This document shows, in pieces, positions 36,956-47,797 of a stretch of DNA of 64,000 nt (positions within the stretch are counted from its first letter, which is position 1; the number at the start of each line of letters is the position of its first letter). The position numbers and the translations under genes are program-made. The notes beneath the pieces were generated by a model. That model ran no database searches. It saw nothing but the letters and a program-made list of their open reading frames with translations, and was not told where the DNA came from. The stretch is from Pseudomonadota bacterium (GTDB taxonomy: Bacteria; Bdellovibrionota; Bdellovibrionia; Bdellovibrionales; Bdellovibrionaceae): positions 219,643 through 283,642 of the forward strand of contig JBEGVH010000006.1 in assembly GCA_041178425.1 (NCBI GenBank), read 5' to 3'.

Positions 36956-39334
36956 ATGAACAACACCGAGACAAACCAAGTCAGAACGACTCAAACAACA
37001 CAACCGCACATCATGCGCGTTCGCAAGAGAGACGGTTCCCTTGAGCCTGTTGATGTTACAAAAATCGTTGAACGGGTGCGTGGCTGTTGCCAAGGACTCA
37101 CCCAGGTCGATCCGCTTCGCGTGGCCACAAAGGCTATCAGCGGGCTGTATGATGGCGCGACAACCAATGAACTTGATAACCTTTCTATTCAAACAGCGTC
37201 TCTTTTAATTAGCGAAGAACCAGAGTACAGCAAACTCGCCGCTCGCCTTCTCGCAACCTATATCGACGAAGAAGTTCGCTCACAAAAAGTTAAAAGCTTT
37301 GCCGACAGCATTCAATTTGGCCGTAATGCCGGCCTGATTGCTGATCAAACCGCTAATTTTGTAGAACAACACAAAGCAGAACTTTGTGCAGCGATCGAAC
37401 CTTACCGTACCGATCGCTTTGAATATTTCGGTCTTCGCACAGTTTATGATCGTTACCTCCTCAAAAACCCAACCACTCGTCAGGTTTTTGAAACTCCACA
37501 ATATTTCTTTATGCGTGTAGCCTGCGGCCTTTCAACAACCGTCACAGAAGCTATTGAGTTATACCAACTCATTTCTTCTCTCGACTACATGCCGTCAACG
37601 CCGACGCTTTTCAATTCTGGAACCCTTCGCCCGCAGATGTCTTCTTGCTACCTTTTAGATTCTCCTCAAGATGACCTGCGCTCCATCTATGAAAAATACA
37701 TGGATGTGGCCCTACTTTCAAAATTTGCCGGAGGAATCGGACTAGCTTATCACCGCGTTCGTTCAAGAGGCTCTCTCATTCGGGGAACTAATGGTCACTC
37801 GAACGGAATCATCCCATGGTTAAAAACCCTTGATTCCAGTGTGGCCGCAGTTAACCAAGGTGGAAAGCGAAAGGGCGCCGCTTGTGTTTACCTCGAGAGC
37901 TGGCATGCAGACATCGAAGAATTCCTCGAACTTCGCGACAACACTGGCGACGAAGCAAAAAGAACTTACAATTTAAATTTGGCTAACTGGGTTCCTGATC
38001 TGTTCATGAAACGCGTTGAAGCCGATCAAGCTTGGTCTTTGTTCGACCCATCGAAGGTTGCACACTTTATCGATCTTTATGGTGCAGAATTTGAAGCGGC
38101 CTACATTGAAGCTGAAAAGAAAGGCCTTGCTGTAAAACAAGTCTCTGCTCGTGACCTTTACTCTCGTATGATGAAAACTCTTGCGCAAACCGGCAATGGC
38201 TGGATGACATTCAAAGATGCCAGCAATTTGAAGTGTAACCAAACAGGTGCGCCTGGTTCGGCCGTTCACCTTTCAAACCTCTGCACTGAGATTCTTGAGA
38301 TCACCAGCGATAAAGAAACCGCGGTATGTAACCTTGGCTCCGTCAATCTCGGTCGCCACGTTGTGAATGGCCAATTTGATTTTGATAAACTCGGACGCAC
38401 CGTAAAAACAGCTGTGAAGTATCTAGACCGCGTTGTTGATATCAATTTCTACCCAATTGCAACAGCTGAAAACTCCAACCGTCGCTGGCGCCCAGTCGGA
38501 CTTGGCGTGATGGGTCTTCAAGATGTTTTCTTTCAACTGAAATTGCCCTTCGATGCACCGGAAGCCCAAGCACTGTCTGCGCGAATCCAGGAAGAGATCT
38601 ACTTTCATGCCATCAACGCCAGCTGCGACCTTGCAGAAAAGCATGGCGCCCACGAAAACTTTGCCGATACTCGTGCGGCCCAAGGACAACTTCAAATGGA
38701 TCTTTGGGGCATCACCCCAACTCAGGCTGCCCGCTGGGAACCGCTGCGTGAGCGAATCAAAAAATTCGGCTTGCGCAACTCACTGATGATTGCCATTGCA
38801 CCAACAGCAACAATCGCAACGCTGGTAGGTTGTTACGAAGCCATCGAACCGCAAATCTCAAACCTTTTCAAGAGAGAGACTCTTTCGGGCGAATTCTTGC
38901 AGATCAACAAATATCTTGTGAGCGAATTAAAAGCTCTCAATTTGTGGAATGATGAGATTCGCGCTGAAATCAAATTAGCTGAGGGAAGCATCCAGAATTT
39001 AACTGAGATACCGCCACGGCTTAAAGAGATTTTCCGCACGGTTTGGGAAGTGCCTATGAAGAGCCTTATCGACATGGCAGCAGACCGAGGACCGTATATC
39101 GATCAAAGCCAAAGCTTGAATCTTTTTTCTGAAAGTCCAACCATTGGCAAATTGTCATCAATGTACATGTACGCATGGAAACGTGGGTTAAAAACCACTT
39201 ACTATCTGCGTTCACGACCAGCGACAAACATCAATAAAACGACAGTAAAAAAAGCACCAACAAAGACGTACTCGGACGAAGAAGCGGTCACCTGCTCTTT
39301 GGAAAATCCTGAACTTTGTGAAGCCTGTCAGTAA
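36956..39334 (+). CDS. nrdA: Ribonucleoside-diphosphate reductase class I, alpha subunit
   Basis: ATP cone (VRKRDG), SSCY, SNLCTE, APTAT, GLKTTYY and C-terminal CEACQ. Confidence 0.97.
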   Translation: MNNTETNQVRTTQTTQPHIMRVRKRDGSLEPVDVTKIVERVRGCCQGLTQVDPLRVATKAISGLYDGATTNELDNLSIQTASLLISEEPEYSKLAARLLATYIDEEVRSQKVKSFADSIQFGRNAGLIADQTANFVEQHKAELCAAIEPYRTDRFEYFGLRTVYDRYLLKNPTTRQVFETPQYFFMRVACGLSTTVTEAIELYQLISSLDYMPSTPTLFNSGTLRPQMSSCYLLDSPQDDLRSIYEKYMDVALLSKFAGGIGLAYHRVRSRGSLIRGTNGHSNGIIPWLKTLDSSVAAVNQGGKRKGAACVYLESWHADIEEFLELRDNTGDEAKRTYNLNLANWVPDLFMKRVEADQAWSLFDPSKVAHFIDLYGAEFEAAYIEAEKKGLAVKQVSARDLYSRMMKTLAQTGNGWMTFKDASNLKCNQTGAPGSAVHLSNLCTEILEITSDKETAVCNLGSVNLGRHVVNGQFDFDKLGRTVKTAVKYLDRVVDINFYPIATAENSNRRWRPVGLGVMGLQDVFFQLKLPFDAPEAQALSARIQEEIYFHAINASCDLAEKHGAHENFADTRAAQGQLQMDLWGITPTQAARWEPLRERIKKFGLRNSLMIAIAPTATIATLVGCYEAIEPQISNLFKRETLSGEFLQINKYLVSELKALNLWNDEIRAEIKLAEGSIQNLTEIPPRLKEIFRTVWEVPMKSLIDMAADRGPYIDQSQSLNLFSESPTIGKLSSMYMYAWKRGLKTTYYLRSRPATNINKTTVKKAPTKTYSDEEAVTCSLENPELCEACQ

Positions 39335-39367
39335 ACAACGCCCGAGACGAGAAAGAGGAGTTTAACA

Positions 39368-40366
39368 ATGCTACTAGAACCTGGATTTAATCTTACACTT
39401 CGCCCTATGAACTACCCCGTCTTTTACGAAATGTACAAGAATGGTATAAAGAACACTTGGACTGTTGAAGAAGTTGATTTTTCAACAGATCTTGTTGACC
39501 TCAACACCAAGCTCACTCCAGCGGAACGCCATCTGATTAATCGCCTTGTCGCTTTTTTTGCGACCGGCGATTCCATCGTCGGCAACAACCTGGTTTTGAA
39601 TCTCTATCGCCACATTAATTCACCAGAAGGTCGCTTGTATCTTTCGAGACAACTTTTCGAAGAAGCGCTTCATGTTCAATTTTACCTCACGCTTCTAGAC
39701 TCATACATTCCCCATCCTGATGAGCGAGCGAAAGCCTTTGCCGCCGTCGACAATATCCCATCAATTAAGCGTAAAGCGGATTTCTGTTTCAAATACATCG
39801 ATTCCATTTACAGCCTCGATCGTCTTGAGACGATTGAAGATCGCCGCAAATTTTTGATGAACCTTATTTGTTTCGCAAGCTGTATCGAGGGATTATTTTT
39901 CTTTGCTGCCTTTGCGTATGTGTATTTCTTACGTTCAAAAGGTCTCCTCGCGGGCCTTGCAACCGGTACAAACTGGGTTTTCCGTGATGAAAGCATGCAT
40001 ATCAATTTTGCTATGGAAGTGATTCATAAGGCCCGCCAAGAAGAACCAGGTTTGTTCAACCAACAAATGAATGACATGGTCACTGAGATGATCGCCGATG
40101 CTATCGAGTGTGAAATGGCTTTTGCAGAAGATATTCTTGAATTCGGTGTGGCTGGATTGTCTGCTAAAGATATGCGCCAGTATCTTCAGTTTGTTGCTGA
40201 CCAACGACTCGAGGCACTTAATATCCCGGCTCGTTATCACTCGAAGAATCCATTTCCGTTTATGGAGCTTCAAGATATGCAAGAACTTGCCAATTTCTTT
40301 GAACGCCGTGTTTCCGCCTACCAAACAGGAATCACAGGCACCGTCACGTTTGACGAAGCATTTTAA
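39368..40366 (+). CDS. nrdB: Ribonucleotide reductase class I, beta subunit
   Basis: FFATGD, EALHVQFY, IEGLFF, RDESMH and NFFERRV motifs. Confidence 0.97.
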   Translation: MLLEPGFNLTLRPMNYPVFYEMYKNGIKNTWTVEEVDFSTDLVDLNTKLTPAERHLINRLVAFFATGDSIVGNNLVLNLYRHINSPEGRLYLSRQLFEEALHVQFYLTLLDSYIPHPDERAKAFAAVDNIPSIKRKADFCFKYIDSIYSLDRLETIEDRRKFLMNLICFASCIEGLFFFAAFAYVYFLRSKGLLAGLATGTNWVFRDESMHINFAMEVIHKARQEEPGLFNQQMNDMVTEMIADAIECEMAFAEDILEFGVAGLSAKDMRQYLQFVADQRLEALNIPARYHSKNPFPFMELQDMQELANFFERRVSAYQTGITGTVTFDEAF

Positions 40367-40400
40367 ACTTCACCAGATTCAAAAAGGTGTTTTTAAACAT

Positions 40401-40433
40401 AAAAAAGAGGAGCTTTGTGGGCTCCTCTTTTTT
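40401..40433. terminator. Bidirectional intrinsic terminator
   Basis: AAAAAAGAGGAGC-TTTGTGG-GCTCCTCTTTTTT between convergent genes. Confidence 0.9.
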
Positions 40434-41028
40434 ATTGCAGCTGAGGCTGGGGTTGGGGCGGCATAATTTCAACAGAGGTCACACCGGTATTTTGGTTATG
40501 CAGTTCCTGATTATTATACCAAACAACGAGAGATACTTCTAAAGTCCCATGATCTAGCGCCATCAAAGTGGCTGTTGGAAGTTCGATGATTGTTTCCCAG
40601 GAGCCATTCTCTCGGCATTTTAGCGGCACAGCTCTCAAATTTGATGTACCTGGTATATAAGATTGATTGGTCGAATAAGGATAACCATCGGAAGCCATAG
40701 CATAACCCTCCCTATCGAGAGCTCGGTAAAAAATACTCTGAGTTTGAAATCCTGGATTGAAACAACTTCCTCGAAGAGTGATGTAACTCAGCATATCTGT
40801 CGTTCGATACAACACTTGATTGACTGAAATCGTCACAAAATTCACCTGATAAGAGGCATAATCGGTAATACCATCGGGATCGGGATTATTTGAGCTGTAC
40901 GACGAATCATTTGTCGCAGGCACGAACCCGTTACCGTAAATATTCTCTTGGTTAATGGGCGCACACCCCACAGTAACAAGCGAAAGCCCCAACAGAAGAC
41001 CCAACACGATGAATGAAGATTTAATCAT
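40432..41028 (-). CDS. Lipoprotein of unknown function
   Basis: Lipobox TVGC; GAGGAG RBS. Confidence 0.8.
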   Translation of the reverse strand: MIKSSFIVLGLLLGLSLVTVGCAPINQENIYGNGFVPATNDSSYSSNNPDPDGITDYASYQVNFVTISVNQVLYRTTDMLSYITLRGSCFNPGFQTQSIFYRALDREGYAMASDGYPYSTNQSYIPGTSNLRAVPLKCRENGSWETIIELPTATLMALDHGTLEVSLVVWYNNQELHNQNTGVTSVEIMPPQPQPQLQ

Positions 41029-41094
41029 AACGAACTCCTCGCACTACCGCTTTCGTTCATTCATTATACTTGCAAAAATAAAACCTATCTCAAT

Positions 41095-42600
41095 ATGAAA
41101 CATTTAGTGTACCATAATGAGATGAAGCGACTATCACCACTACTCCTCCTCCTCGCCGCCCTCAGTGCTTTACCTTATCCTGCCGTCGGCGAAGAGAAAC
41201 CTCCACCCTTTCGCCTGTCTATCAGCACAGAACCACTCAGTTTAGATCCTTCGCAACAAAAAGGGTCAGGAACCATGTATTTAACCAATGCTCTTCATTG
41301 GCCTCTTTTCTTGAGTGATATTAAAACTCCATTCAAACCCGGAGTTCTGAATAGCTGTCGCTGGAAAAACAAAAAAGAACTATCATGCACCCTTACAAAA
41401 AATATTAAGTGGAGCAATGGCCAACCCATTGTTGCGGGCGATATCAAGAAAACTTTTGATTACTTTATGGACCCTAAAACTCAGACTCAGCGAAAAGATC
41501 TTGTTTATAACATTCGCTCCATAAAAACACCCTCCCCCCAGAGTGTTCACTTTGAGCTCATCAACGAAGAGCCCCGTTTTCAAGAGAGGCTCACGTCTCC
41601 CCTCTTAGCCCCCCTTTATTCTCTAAATATCCCAAAACCCGAAGCGGGCGAGACCTTGGTTACCTCAGGCCCCTACACCATCGACAAATGGGAATTAAAG
41701 CATAAAGTCGTGCTTCGCCCCAACGCCCACTTCGCAGGTCATCCTGCTCGCCCCTTTGTTGAATTTTATTTTATTGCCGAAGACACCACCGCCCTTACAC
41801 TTTATCAATCAGGAAAACTCGATTTTATTAGACGGCTCCCCACCGCCTTTTTAAAAGCTTATCAAAACACTCCGGATCTTTTTCTCGCCCCTATTACCCG
41901 TTTTGATTATCTTGGATTCGGCCCTTCACTTTCGAAAGAGCCTGAGTTGCGAAAGATTCTTAGTCGTTCGTTGAACTACGAAGAGTGGAAAACAATCCTG
42001 AGTGCTCGTGGTCGACCGGGGTGCTTTGGGATTTCTCTCGATCTCATTAAAGGCGATCCTTGCATTCCCTTCGAGGAAAAACAAATCTTCCTCTGGAAAG
42101 AGCAACTCAAACAAAAAGTTCTACCAAAACTAGAGATCTACTATTCAACGCTGGGTGGAGAAGACCACAAACGATCTGTTGAGTGGCTACAGAGTGAGTG
42201 GAAAAAGCGCCTTGGTATCGCTGTGAGCGTGCAGGGCATTGAGAATTCACTTTTTCAAAAACAGATTTTGGAAGATCCGCCTTCAATGTTTCGATATGGC
42301 GTTCCCCTCGACCACCTATCGTGCTCTAATGCTCTCAAACAATTAAATCGCAATCCGAATCGGCCATTGCCTTTTAAAAATGAATCGTTTCTCCGTATTG
42401 TAACACAATTGGCTAATCAAAATCCAAAACAGTCAGAAGAAGCTCTGTGCACCAAAGCTCTACAAACTTTGATAGATGAATCTTGGCTTATTCCCCTAGG
42501 TCGAATCCATTTCAGTCTTTTAGCAAAACCACAGTGGAAAGGATGGCAGTTGACGGCTCTTAATATTCTGGATCTTTCACAACTCCATCATGAAAAGTAA
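41095..42600 (+). CDS. ABC transporter substrate-binding protein, family 5 (OppA-like), orphan
   Basis: EPLSLDP, KWSNGQPI and TSGPY motifs; start possibly 41122. Confidence 0.88.
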   Translation: MKHLVYHNEMKRLSPLLLLLAALSALPYPAVGEEKPPPFRLSISTEPLSLDPSQQKGSGTMYLTNALHWPLFLSDIKTPFKPGVLNSCRWKNKKELSCTLTKNIKWSNGQPIVAGDIKKTFDYFMDPKTQTQRKDLVYNIRSIKTPSPQSVHFELINEEPRFQERLTSPLLAPLYSLNIPKPEAGETLVTSGPYTIDKWELKHKVVLRPNAHFAGHPARPFVEFYFIAEDTTALTLYQSGKLDFIRRLPTAFLKAYQNTPDLFLAPITRFDYLGFGPSLSKEPELRKILSRSLNYEEWKTILSARGRPGCFGISLDLIKGDPCIPFEEKQIFLWKEQLKQKVLPKLEIYYSTLGGEDHKRSVEWLQSEWKKRLGIAVSVQGIENSLFQKQILEDPPSMFRYGVPLDHLSCSNALKQLNRNPNRPLPFKNESFLRIVTQLANQNPKQSEEALCTKALQTLIDESWLIPLGRIHFSLLAKPQWKGWQLTALNILDLSQLHHEK

Positions 42601-42606
42601 TAATTG

Positions 42607-43890
42607 CTAGTGCCTCGAGCGGACTACCACATCGAAGGTCGGCAAGTGCCTCACTGCAAGTAAACCAAGACCAAAACAAAAAAACAAATACATAGCCAAC
42701 ACCTGCAAACCAGAAGTTAGGCCATTTTTCTGAATTAACCACGTTGCAAGCAATGGAACCGTACTTCCAAAAATAGGTGACGCGATGTTAATGGCAAAGC
42801 TCACACCGCTGTAGCGAACGGCCGTCGGAAATAAATTTGAAAGCAATCCGAAAGCCGCGCTCGTATACAGCCCAACAAGCCCACAAAGACACAGATAAAC
42901 CGACATTAAAGAGATCCATCCGGGCTTTCCTGTGAGAACAACAAGAATGGGAAAAATGCCTACCAAAAGTAACCATAAGCTTGCAGAGAGCAGAGGCTTC
43001 GCTCCCCACCGATCAGCGATGACTCCTCCTAATAGGGTCGTCAGGATAGCCAGAACTAAACCTGTCGACGTTACCAGAAGCGCCTGCCCTAGGGAAAAGT
43101 TCATCTCCTTCGTCATAAAACTATTGAAGTAAACAAAGGCCATAAAAAAACTGCTCGTCATCGGAATGAGAATAGCAGTGCCAATCAAAAGGGGCTTGCG
43201 ATGAAAGGAGAGAAGGTCGCTGATAGGATTTTTGGCGAGAAGTTTACTATCTCTTGCCTGTTCATACAGAACACTCTCTGGCATCTGCCGGCGAATATAA
43301 TTTCCAATCCAAGCGGCAACCAAACCTAGTACAAAAGGCAGGCGCCAACCCCAATTTTCAAAATTAGCCTCAGTCATCATCATGGCCAATAAACTCGAAA
43401 TCAATGAACCCATGAGGGTTCCAAAGCAGGTGCTTGCCTGAATAAGACTCGAACACAACCCCGTTCGACCAGGAGGAGAGTTTTCCATCACATAAGTAAT
43501 AGCCCCTCCCATCTCTCCACCAAGAGCAAGCCCCTGTAGCAAGCGAATCAGAATAAGCCCTAACGTCGAAACGACCCCGATTTGATGATAACCAGGTAGA
43601 AAGCCAATGCACGCAGTTGGAAGAGCCATTCCCAACATCGACCAATAAAGGGCCCGTTTGCGTCCGTAACGATCGCCGATATAACTAAAGACCAAGGCCC
43701 CAAGAGGGCGCATAAAAAAGCTTACACTGAATAATGCAAACGCCGATAACATTGCCAATTCAGGTTTTTCTTTTGGAAAAAAGGTTTGACCTATAATCAT
43801 TGAAAAATGGCCATAGAGGGCAAAATCATACCATTCAATCGCATTGCCTAGAAGGCCTGCTAACAGGGCTTTTCTTTTTAAACTCAACAA
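42607..43890 (-). CDS. MFS transporter, metabolite:H+ symporter (ProP-like)
   Basis: GNAIEWYDF, RPLG, GDRYGRK, QGLALGGE and WGWRLPF motifs. Confidence 0.93.
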   Translation of the reverse strand: MLSLKRKALLAGLLGNAIEWYDFALYGHFSMIIGQTFFPKEKPELAMLSAFALFSVSFFMRPLGALVFSYIGDRYGRKRALYWSMLGMALPTACIGFLPGYHQIGVVSTLGLILIRLLQGLALGGEMGGAITYVMENSPPGRTGLCSSLIQASTCFGTLMGSLISSLLAMMMTEANFENWGWRLPFVLGLVAAWIGNYIRRQMPESVLYEQARDSKLLAKNPISDLLSFHRKPLLIGTAILIPMTSSFFMAFVYFNSFMTKEMNFSLGQALLVTSTGLVLAILTTLLGGVIADRWGAKPLLSASLWLLLVGIFPILVVLTGKPGWISLMSVYLCLCGLVGLYTSAAFGLLSNLFPTAVRYSGVSFAINIASPIFGSTVPLLATWLIQKNGLTSGLQVLAMYLFFCFGLGLLAVRHLPTFDVVVRSRH

Positions 43891-43996
43891 GGGATCGCCT
43901 CCTCGCTTTTGCGATTAGATTTGGCGATCCCTTTTAACACACGTTTAGAATCAAAAACAACGGCTCTTATTTTTTTACCTAAGAACTTTCCCTCGA

Positions 43997-45406
43997 TCAG
44001 AGGTAACGGAACCAGAGGTCAAAGATCAATCGTACACTATCATCTTTCATTTTCACGATACTCTTGTAGTAAATCTCATTTCCGTATTTATCCTTTTCGT
44101 AGTAACTCTTATCGAACTTAAGATCGATTGCAACGATGTCATTGGCATCAAGATAGGAGAGCTCACCAATATCCGAAACGCCATCCCGATCGATATCGAC
44201 CCAAAGACGAAGCTGTTTAAAAACTGGATCTTTTTCGTCAATAATTCCATCTCGGTTACTATCGAATTTAGCAAGAGCCGCGAAGCCATCGTGGGCCATT
44301 CTGCGATCGGGTCCCATGGTGTTGTTACCAAACATCTCATTAACACCTTCAACTAAACCTTTTGAGTTTGGCTTCACTAAAAAGGCCAAATTACTCTCTT
44401 GAAACCAAGAGATTTGCTTTTTGGCATGAGGCACAGGCTTAGCATTCGCGCCCAAGATGTCAAATTGAACCCCATTCAAGATCGACGACAAATGTGTAGG
44501 CCTTGAATTTTTATCGAGGTTAATAAATAGCGGCGATGCACGTTTATCACAGACATCATCACTTTGAATATCTCTAGAGGTATTTTTATCATACAGCACT
44601 AAAAAGCGGGTCACAGATTGCTTCCGATTATTGGTACTCTCTTTGCTCATATGAGGAATCTCTGTTGCTTCGATATTGAGGACTCCATCTTTATGTGTTC
44701 CAAACAATAATCCCCTATTCGCATAGTTTACATCCTGAGATGATCTAAGTGCCGTTAATCTTATTTCGTAAGACTTATCAGAAAGCTCCGGGCAATCCTT
44801 CGGCAGAAGGAGTTTTTTCTCACTCAAAATGGTTTCGCGAATCTCAGGTCCTGTTCTCTGACAAACAACGTCTTGAGTTTTCTTATTGACCACTGCAACC
44901 GTGTAAGGAGTCGTGAGAGTTTTAACATTTCCTTTTTTGAACGTCGTTTGCGCATTGGAGCACAAATAGTCCACTAAAACGTATGGATCCTCATTTGTTA
45001 ATCAGGACGTCTGTGCCTCAACCACTGGAGGCTGAGGCAGAGTCTCCGTTGTTCCAACGACAGGGATCACATCTCCACCACCAACGCTTCCACCGTCAGG
45101 GATCACATCTCCACCACCAACGCTTCCACCGTCAGGGATCACCTCACCCGCACCAATACTACCGGAGGTTTCTCCATTAACGCCCGTTCCACTTTGATTC
45201 ACGGTCTCACCACTAGAATCATTATCGGTAGAAATAACGCCAGTCGCGGCCACTCTTACCTTGCCGCTAAATACCCAACTCTTTCCAAGAAACGATCTCT
45301 TCGTCGATGGATCAACGAGATTAAACGATTGTTGAGGGGCACAAGCCGACAGAAGTGACAGGATTAAAGATGAAGAAATGGTTTTTCTCGTTATACGTAT
45401 GTTCAT
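43997..45406 (-). pseudogene. Lipoprotein with FrpC self-processing-module-like Ca2+-binding domain, interrupted by one in-frame TGA (45002-45004)
   Basis: ORFs 45002-45406 and 43997-44974 share a frame and are joined by 9 open codons; lipobox LSAC; DSNRDGIID and DIDRDGVSD loops. Confidence 0.7.
45061..45142. repeat. 36-bp coding tandem repeat (DGGSVGGGDVIP, ~2.3 copies)
   Basis: CAGGGATCACATCTCCACCACCAACGCTTCCACCGT twice plus a partial copy. Confidence 0.9.
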
Positions 45407-45434
45407 GCAAACCCCCTCAGTAGAAAATAGGAAT

Positions 45435-45451
45435 TGCAAGGGTCGGGCCTG
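45435..45451 (-). promoter_or_regulatory. sigma54-like promoter
   Basis: GG-CCCGACCCTT-GCA, ~30 bp upstream of ATG 45406. Confidence 0.55.
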
Positions 45452-45711
45452 CGGTAACAATTTTTGGCTTGCGTCTAAAACCGTTGTCATACTCTTCATT
45501 GACTCAAAGGGAGAAGTTCCGCCTTATTCTAAGACGATCTTCAGAGACAACTGTAAAGAGATCATACAAAAATAAACTAATCGTAATAGTTTCTGGGATT
45601 TAGAATCGCTTTTGATAAAATCGTGATCGACGGATCGTCGAAAGAGTAAACACGAAGCCATCACCTCAAAGGACGACTCCTTTAAGGTGAACTTTTAAAA
45701 TTTTGACCAAA

Positions 45712-45864
45712 TTAAGCGGCGATGATTTCCGCTTGAGAATTTTCTTCCACTGATGGCTTCGCAAGGCGCTCTTCAATTTCTTGCTTGAGCCACATTTTTT
45801 CGTCTTCAAGGTTAAACTCAACGGCCATGTTATAGAGCCAAATTAGATCTTCTGTTGATGTCAT
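45712..45864 (-). CDS. Small acidic hypothetical protein (50 aa)
   Basis: GGAGG RBS before ATG 45864; MTSTEDLIWLYNMAVEFNL. Confidence 0.6.
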   Translation of the reverse strand: MTSTEDLIWLYNMAVEFNLEDEKMWLKQEIEERLAKPSVEENSQAEIIAA

Positions 45865-46068
45865 ATCACACCTCCAGAATCCCCTTTCGGCGCCACCAAG
45901 ACTCATCAGGAGGCTAGTTTTTCACTGAAACGCCTCACTACGAAACAATCAACAACCTTTATGGAGCTCTGCGAAACCAAACTCGACTTTATTTTATTGT
46001 ATTCGATGATTTTTTAAGAAAGGCTCACGACACTTCATTTTATCACGAAAAACAGGGGTAAATCAGAA

Positions 46069-46956
46069 ATGTTGAAATTATTGAATGCGATCTTGGTCCT
46101 AACCATAACAAGTCTCATGGCTTGCCAAAAAGAGATCACTTTGCCATTTCACTCCGATTCAAAAGCAATATTCCAGTGGGATTCCAAACTTCAAGCTCAA
46201 ATCATCAACGGCGAAGAGGTGGCACCCAACGATCCTTTGGCCGCGTCCACCGTTGCTCTTTATATGCCCCAGAAGGCGCCGTCCCAGGGCATCACTAACT
46301 TCTGCACCGGAACTCTGATTGCTAAAAATGTTGTATTATCAGCAGGCCATTGTTTTTTAGATGTGTCTGAAGGTTACTTGCGCATTCCTCTAGAAGAATT
46401 CCTTCCTCAAATTCGTATTGGGTTTGGTTTACCCGTGGTTCTATCGGAAACTGACACTCAAATTACTTTTCGTAAAATTCAAAGAGTGGTTATTCACCCT
46501 GACTACAGAGCCGGAATGGTTCGACGAGCTATGAAAATTCCTATGCCAGATGTCGCTATCATTTTTCTTGATGAAGACGCTCCAGAGGGCTTTACTCCGG
46601 CTACGCTAGGACTCTCTCCTGATTTGATTCAAAAAGGTCGCGAGATCACCCTTGCTGGTTATGGCGTAACAGAGGCTTCTTTAAAAGCTAAACCAAAACA
46701 ATTAATGAAGGTTCAAGTGCGGATTGATAATCCACAAATGACCTCGGCGCAATTTACATACAAGGTTGAAAATCATAAGAGTGCTTGTTTTGCCGACTCA
46801 GGAGGTCCTGCCTATTTTCAATTAGAGGATGGTCAATACGTTGTTGGTGGTATTACAAGTTGGGGTGATGGCTATTGCGCAAAGATGGGAGCCTACACGT
46901 CTGTACCCGCCTTTGCTTCCTTTGTGACTGAAACCCTGAACCAAGCGGCTCAATGA
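46069..46956 (+). CDS. Trypsin-like serine protease (S1), lipoprotein
   Basis: Lipobox LMAC; IINGE, SAGHC, DVAI and DSGGP motifs. Confidence 0.93.
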   Translation: MLKLLNAILVLTITSLMACQKEITLPFHSDSKAIFQWDSKLQAQIINGEEVAPNDPLAASTVALYMPQKAPSQGITNFCTGTLIAKNVVLSAGHCFLDVSEGYLRIPLEEFLPQIRIGFGLPVVLSETDTQITFRKIQRVVIHPDYRAGMVRRAMKIPMPDVAIIFLDEDAPEGFTPATLGLSPDLIQKGREITLAGYGVTEASLKAKPKQLMKVQVRIDNPQMTSAQFTYKVENHKSACFADSGGPAYFQLEDGQYVVGGITSWGDGYCAKMGAYTSVPAFASFVTETLNQAAQ

Positions 46957-47390
46957 AAGCTTTTTCTTAAACCTAGCATCCACTGACTAATGCGTTCTCG
47001 TTTAGGAGCAGGCAGACGCTCCCAACAGATACGTGAATGACTCACCTTATCTTCTTGTTCCACTTTTGTATACACGAGCTCTCGATCGCAGGGCTCATTG
47101 GATTGAGTTTCAAGGGCACTTGTCGTTAAAATGTTTCGAAGTTCGGATTGAATTTTTTGATATTCTTTTTTATTCAGATTTTTAAATTGTGTATTTTCAC
47201 CTACGCTATTGTAAGTCAGTAAGTAAGCTCTGGTTCCTGAGTATTCTATTTCGTGCAACTGAGGACCTTCACTGCCATAACCCGCTCGATTAAGAAATTC
47301 GCTTTGAACGACTTTAGAGAAGGCCGGTAGACTCGCAAGGATGATCACAAAACCCATCAGAATTTTTGCTAAACAAGAATTATGTTTCAT
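46950..47390 (-). CDS. Secreted hypothetical protein
   Basis: Signal peptide ending AFS; GG-N10-GC element at 47436-47452. Confidence 0.7.
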   Translation of the reverse strand: MKHNSCLAKILMGFVIILASLPAFSKVVQSEFLNRAGYGSEGPQLHEIEYSGTRAYLLTYNSVGENTQFKNLNKKEYQKIQSELRNILTTSALETQSNEPCDRELVYTKVEQEDKVSHSRICWERLPAPKRERISQWMLGLRKSFH

Positions 47391-47797
47391 TTTATTCACC
47401 CCTTTTTTTATCTGCCTCACATGCCTTAAAGAAGTTGCAAGCAACAGACCTCTTGCACGTTATTTTACCAGCAATATAAGAGCTTCTGCCCCCAAGGGTC
47501 TGTCGAACTCTTGTCAATGAGCCACAGATTGTCGCTAATTCCGTTCCACAACACCCCCATAGGCCTATAAAAAATAAATCTTTAATCCGCGTCCCCCAAA
47601 ACCTATCCCACCGTTTTTTTTGGTTTTTTCAGATTTTATAACCACAAGACTATTTTAACTAAGTAATTCGATCATTTAGGCTCAATCTTTGCAAAATGAG
47701 ACACTCAATCAGTTTTACGGACCAGCGATGTTGGCAACCGAATTCGCAAAGAAGTCCGTAAGACCAAAGAGCTAGATCTCTTGTGAAAGGATGTTTT

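Noticed and set aside
45002..45004. Selenocysteine at the in-frame UGA
   Set aside because: No convincing SECIS, no redox-motif context and no sel genes in the window.
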